From Rhodospirillales bacterium (GTDB lineage: Bacteria; Pseudomonadota; Alphaproteobacteria; UBA8366; JADFVY01), in the NCBI GenBank assembly GCA_020356105.1, contig CP070634.1:1721348-1785347 (forward strand): 64,000 nt of DNA, written 5' to 3'. The position numbers and the translations under genes were made by a program. This document shows positions 48,116 to 57,396 of this stretch, piece after piece. The stretch's first letter is position 1. Each line of letters begins with the position of its first letter. The notes beneath the pieces were generated by a model. It ran no database searches, had not been told where the DNA came from, and saw only the letters and a list, made by a program, of their open reading frames with translations.

Positions 48116-49498
48116 GTGACGCTACGCATCCACGATACGCTGAGGCGTAAGAAGGTGGTCTTCGAGCCGCTCGACCCCGACCATGTGCGCTTCTATGTCT
48201 GCGGGCCGACAGTGTACGACTTCGCCCATATCGGCAATGCGCGGCCGGTCGTGGTGTTCGATGTCCTTGCGCGGCTGTTGCGGCACCTGTACCCCAGGGT
48301 CACCTATGTTCGAAACATCACGGATGTCGAAGACAAGATCAACGATCGCGCGAAGCAGCTTGGCGAGGATATCCGCAGCCTCACCGAGCGTACGGCCCGG
48401 CAGTTTCACGAAGACATGGCGGCTCTCGGGGCGCTGCCGCCGGATATCGAGCCCCGGGCGACCGAACATATCACCGAGATGATTGCCATCATCTCGGCAC
48501 TGATCGCCAACGGCCATGCCTACGAGGCGGACGGGCACGTGCTGTTCGACGTGCCGTCGATGCCGGATTACGGTCGGCTCTCCGGGCACAGCCGCGAAGA
48601 ACTGGTCGCCGGCGCGCGGGTCGAGGTGGCGCCGTACAAGCAGGATCCCGCGGATTTCGTGCTGTGGAAGCCGTCAACTCCGGATCTGCCCGGCTGGGAG
48701 AGCCCGTGGGGCCGGGGCCGGCCCGGCTGGCACATCGAATGCTCGGCGATGAGCATCAAATATCTCGGCCGCACCTTCGATATCCATGGCGGCGGGCAGG
48801 ACCTGATCTTCCCGCACCATGAGAACGAGATCGCCCAGTCGCGCTGCGCCCATCCCGACGCCGGATTCGCGAAATACTGGATGCATAACGGGTACCTGAT
48901 GGCCGAGGGCGAAAAGATGTCCAAGTCCCTCGGCAATTTCTACACGGTGCATGAGCTGCTGGAGGAGTTCCCCGGCCGCGGCGAGGCGATCCGGCTGGTC
49001 CTGCTGCAGACGCATTACCGCCAGCCGCTTGACTTCACCAAGGACGGGATCGTGCAGGCCAAGGCGACGCTGGACCGTTTCTACCTGGCGCTGCGCGAGG
49101 CCGCCGGCATCGCAGCGGCGGCATTCGAGGCGCCGGACGTGATGGCGGCGCTGTCGGACGATCTCAACACGCCGCTGGCGATCAGCCATCTGCACGAGGC
49201 GCTTGGTGCGCTCAACAAGGCGGCGACGGACAAGGAGAAGGCCGCCGCGAAGGGCCGGCTGCTGGCCGGCGGCGCGCTGCTGGGCCTTGTCCAACAGGAT
49301 CCAGAGGCCTGGTTGCGCGGTGCGGCGGAGGCCTCGGATACGGGCGATGCGGGTATTGAAAGCCTGATTGCCCAGCGTAATGAGGCCCGAAAGAGCAAGG
49401 ATTTCGAGACCGCCGACCGGATCCGCGACGACTTGTCGAAGGCCGGGATCGTCCTGGAAGACAAGCCCGATGGCACGACCGTGTGGCGCCGGGCTTGA
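48116..49498 (+). CDS. cysS: Cysteine--tRNA ligase
   Basis: CGPTVYDFAHIGNAR and GEKMSKSLGN; GTG start; 460 aa. Confidence 0.95.
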   Translation: MTLRIHDTLRRKKVVFEPLDPDHVRFYVCGPTVYDFAHIGNARPVVVFDVLARLLRHLYPRVTYVRNITDVEDKINDRAKQLGEDIRSLTERTARQFHEDMAALGALPPDIEPRATEHITEMIAIISALIANGHAYEADGHVLFDVPSMPDYGRLSGHSREELVAGARVEVAPYKQDPADFVLWKPSTPDLPGWESPWGRGRPGWHIECSAMSIKYLGRTFDIHGGGQDLIFPHHENEIAQSRCAHPDAGFAKYWMHNGYLMAEGEKMSKSLGNFYTVHELLEEFPGRGEAIRLVLLQTHYRQPLDFTKDGIVQAKATLDRFYLALREAAGIAAAAFEAPDVMAALSDDLNTPLAISHLHEALGALNKAATDKEKAAAKGRLLAGGALLGLVQQDPEAWLRGAAEASDTGDAGIESLIAQRNEARKSKDFETADRIRDDLSKAGIVLEDKPDGTTVWRRA

Positions 49499-49581
49499 GC
49501 CGCAACGCGACAGGACCGTCGCCCCAGCCCATCCGAAATTTTCAAGGGACGCGGGCGCGGTTTCGTGCCAAAATTGTCCGC

Positions 49582-49938
49582 ATGACTGAACCCAAAGCTA
49601 CCGATATCGCCGCCGTGAAGGCGCGGCTTCTGGAAATGAAGGCGGAGCTCGAGCGCCTTGCGCATGAGCATGAGCACGACAGCGACATCGTCGAACTCGA
49701 TCAGACGACGCAAGGCCGCTTGTCACGCATGGACGCGTTGCAGGGACAGGCGATGGCGCAGGAAGTCGCGCGACGCCGCGAGGTCGAGATCCGTCGCATC
49801 GAAGCCGCCCTGGAACGCATAGAAGACGATGAATACGGGTACTGCGTCACCTGCGGCGAGGAAATCGCTCGAAAACGTCTGGAACTCGACCCGGCGACAC
49901 CCAATTGTATCGACTGTGCCCGCGGTGAGGAGACGTAG
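49582..49938 (+). CDS. DksA/TraR-family C4 zinc-finger protein
   Basis: A coiled-coil region followed by CVTCGEEI...NCIDC. The start is set at MTEPKAT. Confidence 0.85.
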   Translation: MTEPKATDIAAVKARLLEMKAELERLAHEHEHDSDIVELDQTTQGRLSRMDALQGQAMAQEVARRREVEIRRIEAALERIEDDEYGYCVTCGEEIARKRLELDPATPNCIDCARGEET

Positions 49939-50015
49939 GGGCCAGGGCCTCCTCCCGGCATATTGGACAAGGCGGATCGTCGCGGATCAGCGGGTCCGGC
50001 AAGCGGCGGAAGCAG

Positions 50016-50636
50016 ATGCGATATCCGGTTGACGTCGACCAGATCATAGGTATTGCGCTCGCGTTGGGCATTTTCCTGGCCGTGATCGTCGCCTGGCTGG
50101 TTGTGACCGGTCGCCGTCTCGAGCGGGACTGGCAACTGGTTGAAAGCCATTGGCAGACGCTGCGCGCCCGGCTGAAGGATCGCGGCGATCTGTTGCCCGA
50201 ACTGGCCCGTGTCACGCAGCACAGACTGGCCCGCCAGAGGGAGTCCCTGGAGATTCTGGCGCGGCTCCGCACCAAGAGCATATCGGGGCGCAACCCGGCG
50301 GAGCGGGCCGTCGCCGAGGTCGAGCTCGAAGCGGTGCTGCAACGGGTGCTTGCGGCGGCCATGGCGGATCCGGGCCTTGCCGGCGTCACCGAGTTCGAGA
50401 CGATACGGGGCGGACTGGAGGATGCGACAGCCGGGATACGGCGGAGCGCTGCGATCTACAACGATGCCGTCGCAAGCTACATGCGGGCGACGACCCGATT
50501 TCCGGCGCGTCTGTTGTCGCGTCGGAAGGCGACGACCCGGGCGGAATTCTTCGACGATGGCAGAGGGTCGTTCTTCGACGCCGCGAAGGAGGAGCGGCTG
50601 GTCGACACGGCCGACGGTCGGTCGCCGGCCCGGTAG
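50016..50636 (+). CDS. Divergent LemA-like protein
   Basis: N-terminal TM segment, then a LemA-like pattern (W..L.ARLKDRGDLLPEL ... IYNDAVASY ... FPARLL ... AEFFD). Confidence 0.7.
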   Translation: MRYPVDVDQIIGIALALGIFLAVIVAWLVVTGRRLERDWQLVESHWQTLRARLKDRGDLLPELARVTQHRLARQRESLEILARLRTKSISGRNPAERAVAEVELEAVLQRVLAAAMADPGLAGVTEFETIRGGLEDATAGIRRSAAIYNDAVASYMRATTRFPARLLSRRKATTRAEFFDDGRGSFFDAAKEERLVDTADGRSPAR

Positions 50637-50846
50637 ATTGCTGCTGACAATCGGTCAGCGGATCCGGGCGCCTCTTAGGATCTGCGGTGTCCGTGGCCTT
50701 GAGCTGCGTACGGCCCCCGGCGCGAAACGTGCGGCTTTGTTGCTGGAACGGCGCCGGCCGTACCCACCGTTAACCAATTTGTGGTAATCGAATGTTTGAA
50801 TATGCGGCTTGTTCTTGTCCGCGGGGTTCATGTGAGGGGTGTCGGA

Positions 50847-51404
50847 ATGGTCGAAACCATCATCATTGTCGTCCTCGTCGGAGGCCTGTTGCTCTGGGTG
50901 GTGTCGATTTACAACCGTCTGGTGCGGAACCGGAACCTCGTCGAGGAGGGTTGGAGCGGCATCGAGACCCAGCTCAAGCGGCGCTCGAACCTGATCCCCA
51001 ATCTCGTCGAGGCGGTAAAGGGCTATATGGGGCAGGAGAAAGGCGTTCTCGAGAGAGTGACGGAAATGCGCTCGCGCACGGGGCAGGCCACAACGCCGGA
51101 GGAGCGCGGCAAGGCGGAAGGCCTGCTGGGCCAGGCGCTGGCCAATCTGTTCGCCGTCGCCGAGGCCTACCCCGATCTCAAATCGAACGAGAACTTCCTG
51201 GATCTGCACCGGCAACTGGCCGGCATAGAAGACGAAATTCAGATGGCACGGCGCTATTACAACGGGACCGTGCGCAACCTTAATATTCTGATCGAATCCT
51301 TTCCCAGCAACATCATTGCCAAGATGTTCGGTTTCCTGCAGGCCGAGTTCTTCGAGATAGAGAACGAATCCGACCGGGCGGTGCCGCAAGTCAGCTTCTC
51401 CTGA
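50847..51404 (+). CDS. LemA-family protein
   Basis: IYNRLV, QLKRRSNLIPNLVEAVKGY, AEAYPDLKSNENF and RRYYNGTVRNLN. The start is set at MVETIII. Confidence 0.88.
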   Translation: MVETIIIVVLVGGLLLWVVSIYNRLVRNRNLVEEGWSGIETQLKRRSNLIPNLVEAVKGYMGQEKGVLERVTEMRSRTGQATTPEERGKAEGLLGQALANLFAVAEAYPDLKSNENFLDLHRQLAGIEDEIQMARRYYNGTVRNLNILIESFPSNIIAKMFGFLQAEFFEIENESDRAVPQVSFS

Positions 51405-51408
51405 CGCG

Positions 51409-53166
51409 GTGCCAGCGGAGATGGCCGGCGCGAGGCGCATCCTGGCAGCCATCTGGTTGCTGCTTGCGTTCGCGGGCGGCGCTGCGGCGCAAGAGCGCAT
51501 CATCGCGTTCGACAGCCGCGTTGTGATTGCCGAAGACGGTGAGCTTACGGTCACCGAGACGATCACCGTTCAGGCGCAGGGCGACCGGATCAGGCGGGGC
51601 ATCTACCGCGACTTCCCCACTGTCTACAGGGGGCGGGATGGTCGAGCGCATCTCGTCGGGTTCAAGGTCGTCGAGGTGTTGCGCGACGGCCGGCCCGAGA
51701 ACTGGTTCACCAAGAACCGGTCGAACGGCGTGCGGGTCTATGCCGGCAGGGAGGACGTCTATCTGCGGCCCGGTCGGTACGAGTATGTCTTCACCTATCG
51801 GACCGATCGCCAGATCGGCTTTTTCGGCGAATACGACGAGCTGTACTGGAACGTCACCGGGAACGACTGGGATTTCGCCATTGAACGCGCCAGGGTCACG
51901 ATCGTCCTGCCGGCGACCGCAACGATCCTTCAGACTGCGGCCTATACGGGCCGCCAGGGGGCAACGGGACAAGACTGGGCCGGCTGGACGGACGATAGCG
52001 GCAACGCCGTATTCGAGACCACACGGCGGCTTGGCCCGAAAGAGGGGCTGACCGTCGCCATCGCCTGGCCGAAAGGTATCGTCGCGCCGCCCTCGGCCGC
52101 CGACGAGCTGATCTGGACGCTGCGCGGCTATGTCGGCGGGGTGGCGGCGGCGACCGCCCTGCTGCTGGTGCTGGTCTATTACTATGTCGGCTGGCGCCGG
52201 ATCGGGCGCGACCCCGAGGCGGGAACCGTGGTGCCACGATGGAAGCCGCCCAAGGGTGTTTCGCCCGCTGCGGCCCGCTTCGTCGCGAAAATGGGGTTCG
52301 ACGCGAAGGCGATCGGTGCTGCGGTCGTCAGCCTCGCGGTCAAGGGCAAACTGATCATCGAAGACGACGGCGACGACGATTTCTCCTTGCGCAAGCATGA
52401 TGGCGGGTTCGGCATCAGGCTGTCGCCGGGCGAAAAAGCGATGCAACGCGCGCTGTTTGCGTGGGGCGACCACGTTGCCATCCGCAAGGGCAATCATACG
52501 CGCCTGCAACCGGCGGTGAACGCGCTTCGCGAGGCGCTGTCCGCCGATTACGAGGGGGCGCATTTCCGCCGCAACCTGGGCTACTTCTCCGGTGGCGTGG
52601 TTCTCAGTGTTCTCGCCGCCTTCGGTGCCGGCATCGCCAATGTTCACGCCGCGGTCGGCCAGACGGAAGCGATCGGCGCGGGCATCATCGCCGTGACCGT
52701 CTTCTGCTTGTTTGGCGTCAATCTTCTGTTCCGCCACCTGATCAAGGCGCCGACTCTGGAAGGCCGCCGCATCATGGACGAGATCGAAGGGTTCCGGATG
52801 TATCTGTCGACCGCCGAGCAGGAGCGCCTCAATCTCCTGCATCCGCCGGAACGGACCCCGGCGCTGTTCGAGAAGTATCTTCCCTATGCGATGGCGCTGG
52901 ACGTCGAGACCGAATGGGGCGAGCAATTCCACGAGGTCTTCGCCACGGCGACGGCGGATCCGGACAGGGGCTATCAGCCGCGATGGTATCGTGGGCGGCG
53001 CGGATACCATGGCTGGGCCTCGCCGGGACGGTTCGCCAGCGCTCTCGGTGCATCGCTCGGCGGCGCGATCGCGTCGGCGGCAACCCCGCCGGGTTCCTCC
53101 TCCGGCTCCGGTGGCGGCGGCGCCTCCGGAGGCGGCGGTGGCGGCGGCGGCGGCGGCGGCTGGTAG
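51409..53166 (+). CDS. DUF2207-family membrane protein with a poly-Gly C-terminus
   Basis: Signal peptide, ectodomain motifs GIYRDFP and YDELYWNVTG, C-terminal TM bundle, and tail GSGGGGASGGGGGGGGGGGW. Confidence 0.85.
   Translation: MPAEMAGARRILAAIWLLLAFAGGAAAQERIIAFDSRVVIAEDGELTVTETITVQAQGDRIRRGIYRDFPTVYRGRDGRAHLVGFKVVEVLRDGRPENWFTKNRSNGVRVYAGREDVYLRPGRYEYVFTYRTDRQIGFFGEYDELYWNVTGNDWDFAIERARVTIVLPATATILQTAAYTGRQGATGQDWAGWTDDSGNAVFETTRRLGPKEGLTVAIAWPKGIVAPPSAADELIWTLRGYVGGVAAATALLLVLVYYYVGWRRIGRDPEAGTVVPRWKPPKGVSPAAARFVAKMGFDAKAIGAAVVSLAVKGKLIIEDDGDDDFSLRKHDGGFGIRLSPGEKAMQRALFAWGDHVAIRKGNHTRLQPAVNALREALSADYEGAHFRRNLGYFSGGVVLSVLAAFGAGIANVHAAVGQTEAIGAGIIAVTVFCLFGVNLLFRHLIKAPTLEGRRIMDEIEGFRMYLSTAEQERLNLLHPPERTPALFEKYLPYAMALDVETEWGEQFHEVFATATADPDRGYQPRWYRGRRGYHGWASPGRFASALGASLGGAIASAATPPGSSSGSGGGGASGGGGGGGGGGGW
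53131..53160 (+). repeat. GGC/GGT trinucleotide tract (10 Gly codons, including an uninterrupted (GGC)7)
   Basis: ggcggcggtggcggcggcggcggcggcggc immediately before the TGG TAG that ends the DUF2207 gene. Confidence 0.9.
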
Positions 53167-53168
53167 TG

Positions 53169-54317
53169 ATGATCCAGGTTCTCAGACTGTCCGGCCTCGC
53201 GGTCATCGCCTCGATCCTGGTGGCGGTGGTCGTCGTCTCGGTCTTCTTCGTGGTCAGCTTTTTCATAGCGGAATGGCGGCCGGACTGGACCATCGCCGAA
53301 AGTATCGGCCGATGGCTCGAGGCCGGGTCGCGACCGCCCGAGACACGGCAAACCGGGTTATCCGTTTCGACATGGGACACGCTGTGGCCCTGGCTGACGG
53401 CGCCGCTGGCGCCGCTTGCCTGGTATCTCGTCGTCTGGTGGGGTTGGGGCCGGGACCGGCTGCTGGGGGTTGCGTTCCCGCGCTTTGCGCCGCCGGCCGG
53501 ATTGTCACCGTCGGGTGTGCGCCAGATCCTCGGCATGGGATTCGACGGCAAGGTGATGGCGGCCGAGATGCTGAACCTCGCCGTCAACGGCTACCTGCGG
53601 ATTGAGCGCGATCCGGCGGGCCGCTATACGTTGCGACGCACCGGCAGTTCGTCCGGCGCGTTGACCGCATCGCAACGTCGCTTGCTCGCCAGCCTGTTTC
53701 GGGCGCGGCCCTGGGTGCGGCTGAGCGGAGAAGATGCCGCGCATCTGCGCGTTGCGATGGAGACCTTCCGAGACGCGTTGGAGGACGAGCTCGAGGGTCC
53801 CGTCTACGCCACCAACGTCTGGGCCGTGGGGATCGGTATCGCGGTCAGCGGCGGCGCCATCATTGCGGCGATGGAACGCCTGCCGCATGCCATGCCGGCG
53901 GAACTGGATCTCTGGCTGGCCGGCGGCGCGCTGATCGCCGTGGCGGCCGTGAACGTCCTCTTCTTCCGGCTGATGAAGGCGCCAACGGAACTGGGGCGGG
54001 AGATTCTCGACGCGATCGGGGGATTCCGGCGGTTCCTTGCGACCGCCGAGCATGAGCGGATGAAGATGGCAGACGCGCCTCGAATGACGTCGCATCTGTT
54101 CGCGCGATTCCTGCCCTATGCCCTGGCGATGGATATCGAGCTGGACTGGTCCGAACGCTTCGCCGACTCATTGAAACGCGCGATCCCGGACGCGCTTGAC
54201 TTCGATTGGTACGCGGACCCCGCACGAGCCTCGTATGACATGGGCCTGACGGGCATGGTGCGGACGCTTGGCGGGGCGGTGGCCGCCGTCCTGCGCGAGC
54301 CCGACACCACGGCCTAG
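53169..54317 (+). CDS. DUF2207 C-terminal-domain paralogue lacking the ectodomain
   Basis: It aligns with the membrane half of the preceding gene (PPxGxSPxxxRxxxxMGFDxK, KAPTxxGRxIxDxIxGFRxxLxTAExER, LPYAxAxD). The ATG lies 3 nt after the upstream TAG. Confidence 0.75.
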   Translation: MIQVLRLSGLAVIASILVAVVVVSVFFVVSFFIAEWRPDWTIAESIGRWLEAGSRPPETRQTGLSVSTWDTLWPWLTAPLAPLAWYLVVWWGWGRDRLLGVAFPRFAPPAGLSPSGVRQILGMGFDGKVMAAEMLNLAVNGYLRIERDPAGRYTLRRTGSSSGALTASQRRLLASLFRARPWVRLSGEDAAHLRVAMETFRDALEDELEGPVYATNVWAVGIGIAVSGGAIIAAMERLPHAMPAELDLWLAGGALIAVAAVNVLFFRLMKAPTELGREILDAIGGFRRFLATAEHERMKMADAPRMTSHLFARFLPYALAMDIELDWSERFADSLKRAIPDALDFDWYADPARASYDMGLTGMVRTLGGAVAAVLREPDTTA

Positions 54318-54375
54318 TTGCTGGAGTCGTCCCTTGCGATTCGCGCCTGCCTGCCCCATATCCTCGCCAGGCACC

Positions 54376-54402
54376 GCGCCCGCAAGGCTGGGCGCTGTTT
54401 TT
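54376..54402 (+). terminator. Rho-independent terminator after the LemA/DUF2207 cluster
   Basis: GCGCCC-gcaaggct-GGGCGC followed by TGTTTTTG. Confidence 0.6.
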
Positions 54403-54421
54403 GTGATTCGGAGGCCAACAG

Positions 54422-56011
54422 GTGGCCACCTCTAACGACGTTATTTCGCGCCGCCGCACCTTTGCGATCATCTCGCACCCGGATGCGGGCAAGACGACGC
54501 TGACCGAAAAGCTGCTGTTGTTCGGCGGCGCGATCCAGCTTGCCGGCGCGGTGAAGGCACGCGGCGAGCAGCGGCGCGCCCATTCCGACTGGATGAAGGT
54601 GGAGCGCGAGCGCGGGATCTCGGTCGCCTCATCGGTCATGAGCTTCGAATACGGCGGCTGCAACTTCAACCTGCTGGACACGCCGGGCCACGAGGATTTC
54701 TCGGAGGATACGTACCGCACGCTCACGGCTGTCGATTCCGCGGTCATGGTGATCGACGCGGCGCGCGGTATCGAGAGCCAGACCCGCAAGCTGTTCGAGG
54801 TGTGCCGGCTGCGCGACATGCCGATCATCACCTTCGTCAACAAGCTGGACCGCGAAGGCCGGGATGCGTTCGATCTGATCGACGAAATCGAGCAAACGCT
54901 GGCCCTGGACGTCACGCCGGCGAGCTGGCCGATCGGCATGGGGCGCAATTTTCTTGGCTGCTACGATCTTGTCCATGATCGGCTTGCCTTGCTGGCGCGC
55001 GCCAAACAGGGCAAGCCGGAGGAGACCGAGAGTTGCCAGGGTCTCGATGACACCAGGCTCGACGCGCTGCTGCCGGGGGACGCCGTCGCCAAGCTGCGCG
55101 AAGAGGTCGAGATGGCGCGGGGCTTGATGCCGAAACTGGATTTGCAGGCCTATCGCGATGGCAACACGACCCCGATCTTCTTCGGCAGCGCCATCAACAA
55201 TTTCGGCGTGGGCGAATTGCTGCGGGGGCTGCTCGAATTCGCGCCGGCGCCGTTACCGCAACCGGCCGTCGAACGCACGATCCTGCCAGACGAGGGCAAG
55301 GTTTCGGGTTTCATCTTCAAGATCCAGGCGAACATGGATCCAAAGCATCGCGATCGCATCGCCTTCATGCGGCTTGCCTCCGGTCATTTTCGGCGGGGCA
55401 TGAAGCTCAAGCACGTGCGCAGCGGCAAGACCATCGCGATGAGTGCACCGGTCCTCTTCCTTGCGCGGGACCGGGAACTTGCCGAGGAGGCGCATGCGGG
55501 CGATATCGTCGGGCTGCCGAACCACGGCAATCTGCGCATCGGTGACGCGCTGACCGAGGGCGAGGACCTGCATTTCACCGGGATTCCCTATTTCGCGCCC
55601 GAAATGCTTCAGCGCGTGCGCCCGGAGGATCCCATGAAGGCCAAGCATCTGGGCCGCGCCCTCTCACAGCTGGCGGAAGAGGGCGCCGCGCAGGCCTTCA
55701 GGACGCGCCTCGGCTCCGACTGGATCGTCGGCGTCGTCGGGCCGCTGCAATTCGACGTCCTGGCCGACCGCATCCGCACCGAATACGATATCCCGGTCCG
55801 CTTCGAGCCGACCCAGCTCTACACGGCGCGCTGGGTCGAGGCGGACGACTCAACTGCGATGAAGCGGTTTGCCGATTCGAACGGCGCGGCGCTGGCCGAC
55901 GATCACGACGGCATGCCGGTGTTCATGGCCCGCAACGCCTGGCATCTGGAGCGGACCGCCGAGGACTACCCGGCGATCCGGTTCCTGAAGACCAGGGAGC
56001 ATGTCAGCTGA
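54422..56011 (+). CDS. prfC: Peptide chain release factor 3
   Basis: RRRTFAIISHPDAGKTTLTEKLLL and DTPGHEDF. GTG start with GGAGG 8 nt upstream. Confidence 0.95.
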   Translation: MATSNDVISRRRTFAIISHPDAGKTTLTEKLLLFGGAIQLAGAVKARGEQRRAHSDWMKVERERGISVASSVMSFEYGGCNFNLLDTPGHEDFSEDTYRTLTAVDSAVMVIDAARGIESQTRKLFEVCRLRDMPIITFVNKLDREGRDAFDLIDEIEQTLALDVTPASWPIGMGRNFLGCYDLVHDRLALLARAKQGKPEETESCQGLDDTRLDALLPGDAVAKLREEVEMARGLMPKLDLQAYRDGNTTPIFFGSAINNFGVGELLRGLLEFAPAPLPQPAVERTILPDEGKVSGFIFKIQANMDPKHRDRIAFMRLASGHFRRGMKLKHVRSGKTIAMSAPVLFLARDRELAEEAHAGDIVGLPNHGNLRIGDALTEGEDLHFTGIPYFAPEMLQRVRPEDPMKAKHLGRALSQLAEEGAAQAFRTRLGSDWIVGVVGPLQFDVLADRIRTEYDIPVRFEPTQLYTARWVEADDSTAMKRFADSNGAALADDHDGMPVFMARNAWHLERTAEDYPAIRFLKTREHVS

Positions 56012-56018
56012 CGCGTCG

Positions 56019-56501
56019 TCAGCGTCCCCACAGACCGGTCCGCTGCCGCCGCGCGACCGCCTCGGTGTCGCGATAGGCTTTGGCAAGCGCACTGTCCGCC
56101 GGATTCTTCGTGGTGTCGCTGCGCGATACGATGGCCCAGCCGCCCAGCAGCATCGCACGCCCGACATCGCCGGAACGGCTGTTCGAGCAGATCGCGTCGT
56201 CGCGCCGCCCCGCGGTATCCTTGATGGTGCAGATCAGTGTGCCGTTTGCGCCGATCAACTCGTCGAGCGCGGCGCGCGAGTGCCAGCCATCGCTGCTGTC
56301 CAGGTTGGGCGCATCGATTCCCCACAAATCCAGTAGCTGGCCGTTCACCTCGACCGTATCGCCATCCCAGGCCATGGCCGGACCGCTGACCGTCTGCGTG
56401 CTCGCCGGGCGGGACTGCTGGGCCCCGCCGCTATCCACGGCGCAGCCGACCAGCATGAGGGAAGCGGTAAGGGCAGCTGACAAGCACCTGATTCGTTGCA
56501 T
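56019..56501 (-). CDS. Thermonuclease (SNase)-family lipoprotein
   Basis: Lipobox LMLVGCA and an SNase-like DGDTVEV...LWGIDAPN motif. Confidence 0.75.
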   Translation of the reverse strand: MQRIRCLSAALTASLMLVGCAVDSGGAQQSRPASTQTVSGPAMAWDGDTVEVNGQLLDLWGIDAPNLDSSDGWHSRAALDELIGANGTLICTIKDTAGRRDDAICSNSRSGDVGRAMLLGGWAIVSRSDTTKNPADSALAKAYRDTEAVARRQRTGLWGR

Positions 56502-56567
56502 CGCGTCACTCCGTATAAGTCATGGATTGTTTGTATGAGAGATTACCCCGGAGAATCTTAACGGATT

Positions 56568-57353
56568 TCAAAATGGCGTCGCGGCATGACCGGACATCGG
56601 GTCGGCCGCCTCAGCCGTATCCTCGTGCGGCGGCGTACCGGCGACCTCGAGGATCAGCTTCCTGAGAATCGCCTCCGCGAATTCCTCGCGCGATCGCGCC
56701 GTCATCATGAACGCCCTCGGGCCGCCTATGACGTCATTGGCATAATGCTCGGTCAGGGGTTCACCTTTGGGTCCGGGATAGCCGCCGCCCTCGGAGACCA
56801 CCACCAGCGCATTGATCGTGATGCCCTTCAGCAACGTCGCCTGGCGCACCAGTTCCAGCGGCCGGCCGTTGCGCTGGGGTCCGTCGCCCGATACGTCGAT
56901 GACCTTGCGTGTGCCCTCGAACCCGTTGGTTTCGATCAGGTTCGCCGAATAATGGATGGCATTGCTGATGGAATTCGACCCCCAGGCCTGGCGCGGCGCC
57001 GCCGTCAGCCGCCGGCCGAATTCGCGGGCCGACGTCTCGTTCTCGATCACCGTCCAGTCGACGATGGTGTGCTGCGACTCCGGCGCGGCCCACTCGACAT
57101 AGGCGACGGCGATCTTCTGGAGGTATCCGCCGCGGATCGCCGCCAGCACCTTGGGGTGCGCCAGCGCCGCCGCATAGCCGGCGCGCTGCAGCGCGAGCTC
57201 CTGATCGTCGATCGACCCCGAGCCGTCGGCGGCGAAGACGAGCTCGAGGTCCACGGGCTCCTGCGCCAGCGATGGCGCCGCGGCAACCGCTGAACCGAGC
57301 AGCAAGGTTAAAACCGGGAACCGAATCATCATCTTCTTCCAGCGGACCGTCAT
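56568..57353 (-). CDS. DUF1194 (vWA-like) domain protein
   Basis: Signal peptide, then LELVFAADGSGSID (MIDAS-like DxSxS) and VIDVSGDGP. Confidence 0.8.
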   Translation of the reverse strand: MTVRWKKMMIRFPVLTLLLGSAVAAAPSLAQEPVDLELVFAADGSGSIDDQELALQRAGYAAALAHPKVLAAIRGGYLQKIAVAYVEWAAPESQHTIVDWTVIENETSAREFGRRLTAAPRQAWGSNSISNAIHYSANLIETNGFEGTRKVIDVSGDGPQRNGRPLELVRQATLLKGITINALVVVSEGGGYPGPKGEPLTEHYANDVIGGPRAFMMTARSREEFAEAILRKLILEVAGTPPHEDTAEAADPMSGHAATPF

Positions 57354-57396
57354 TGTCTCATAGTCTGTTTACGGCAGCCACGCTCAAATATTCCTG

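Noticed and set aside
52461-53165. An N-terminal 236-codon extension of the ORF listed as 52461-54317.
   Set aside because: The extension overlaps the DUF2207 gene in another frame and is Arg/Gly-rich nonsense. The protein-like sequence, with its TM segment, begins at the ATG at 53169.
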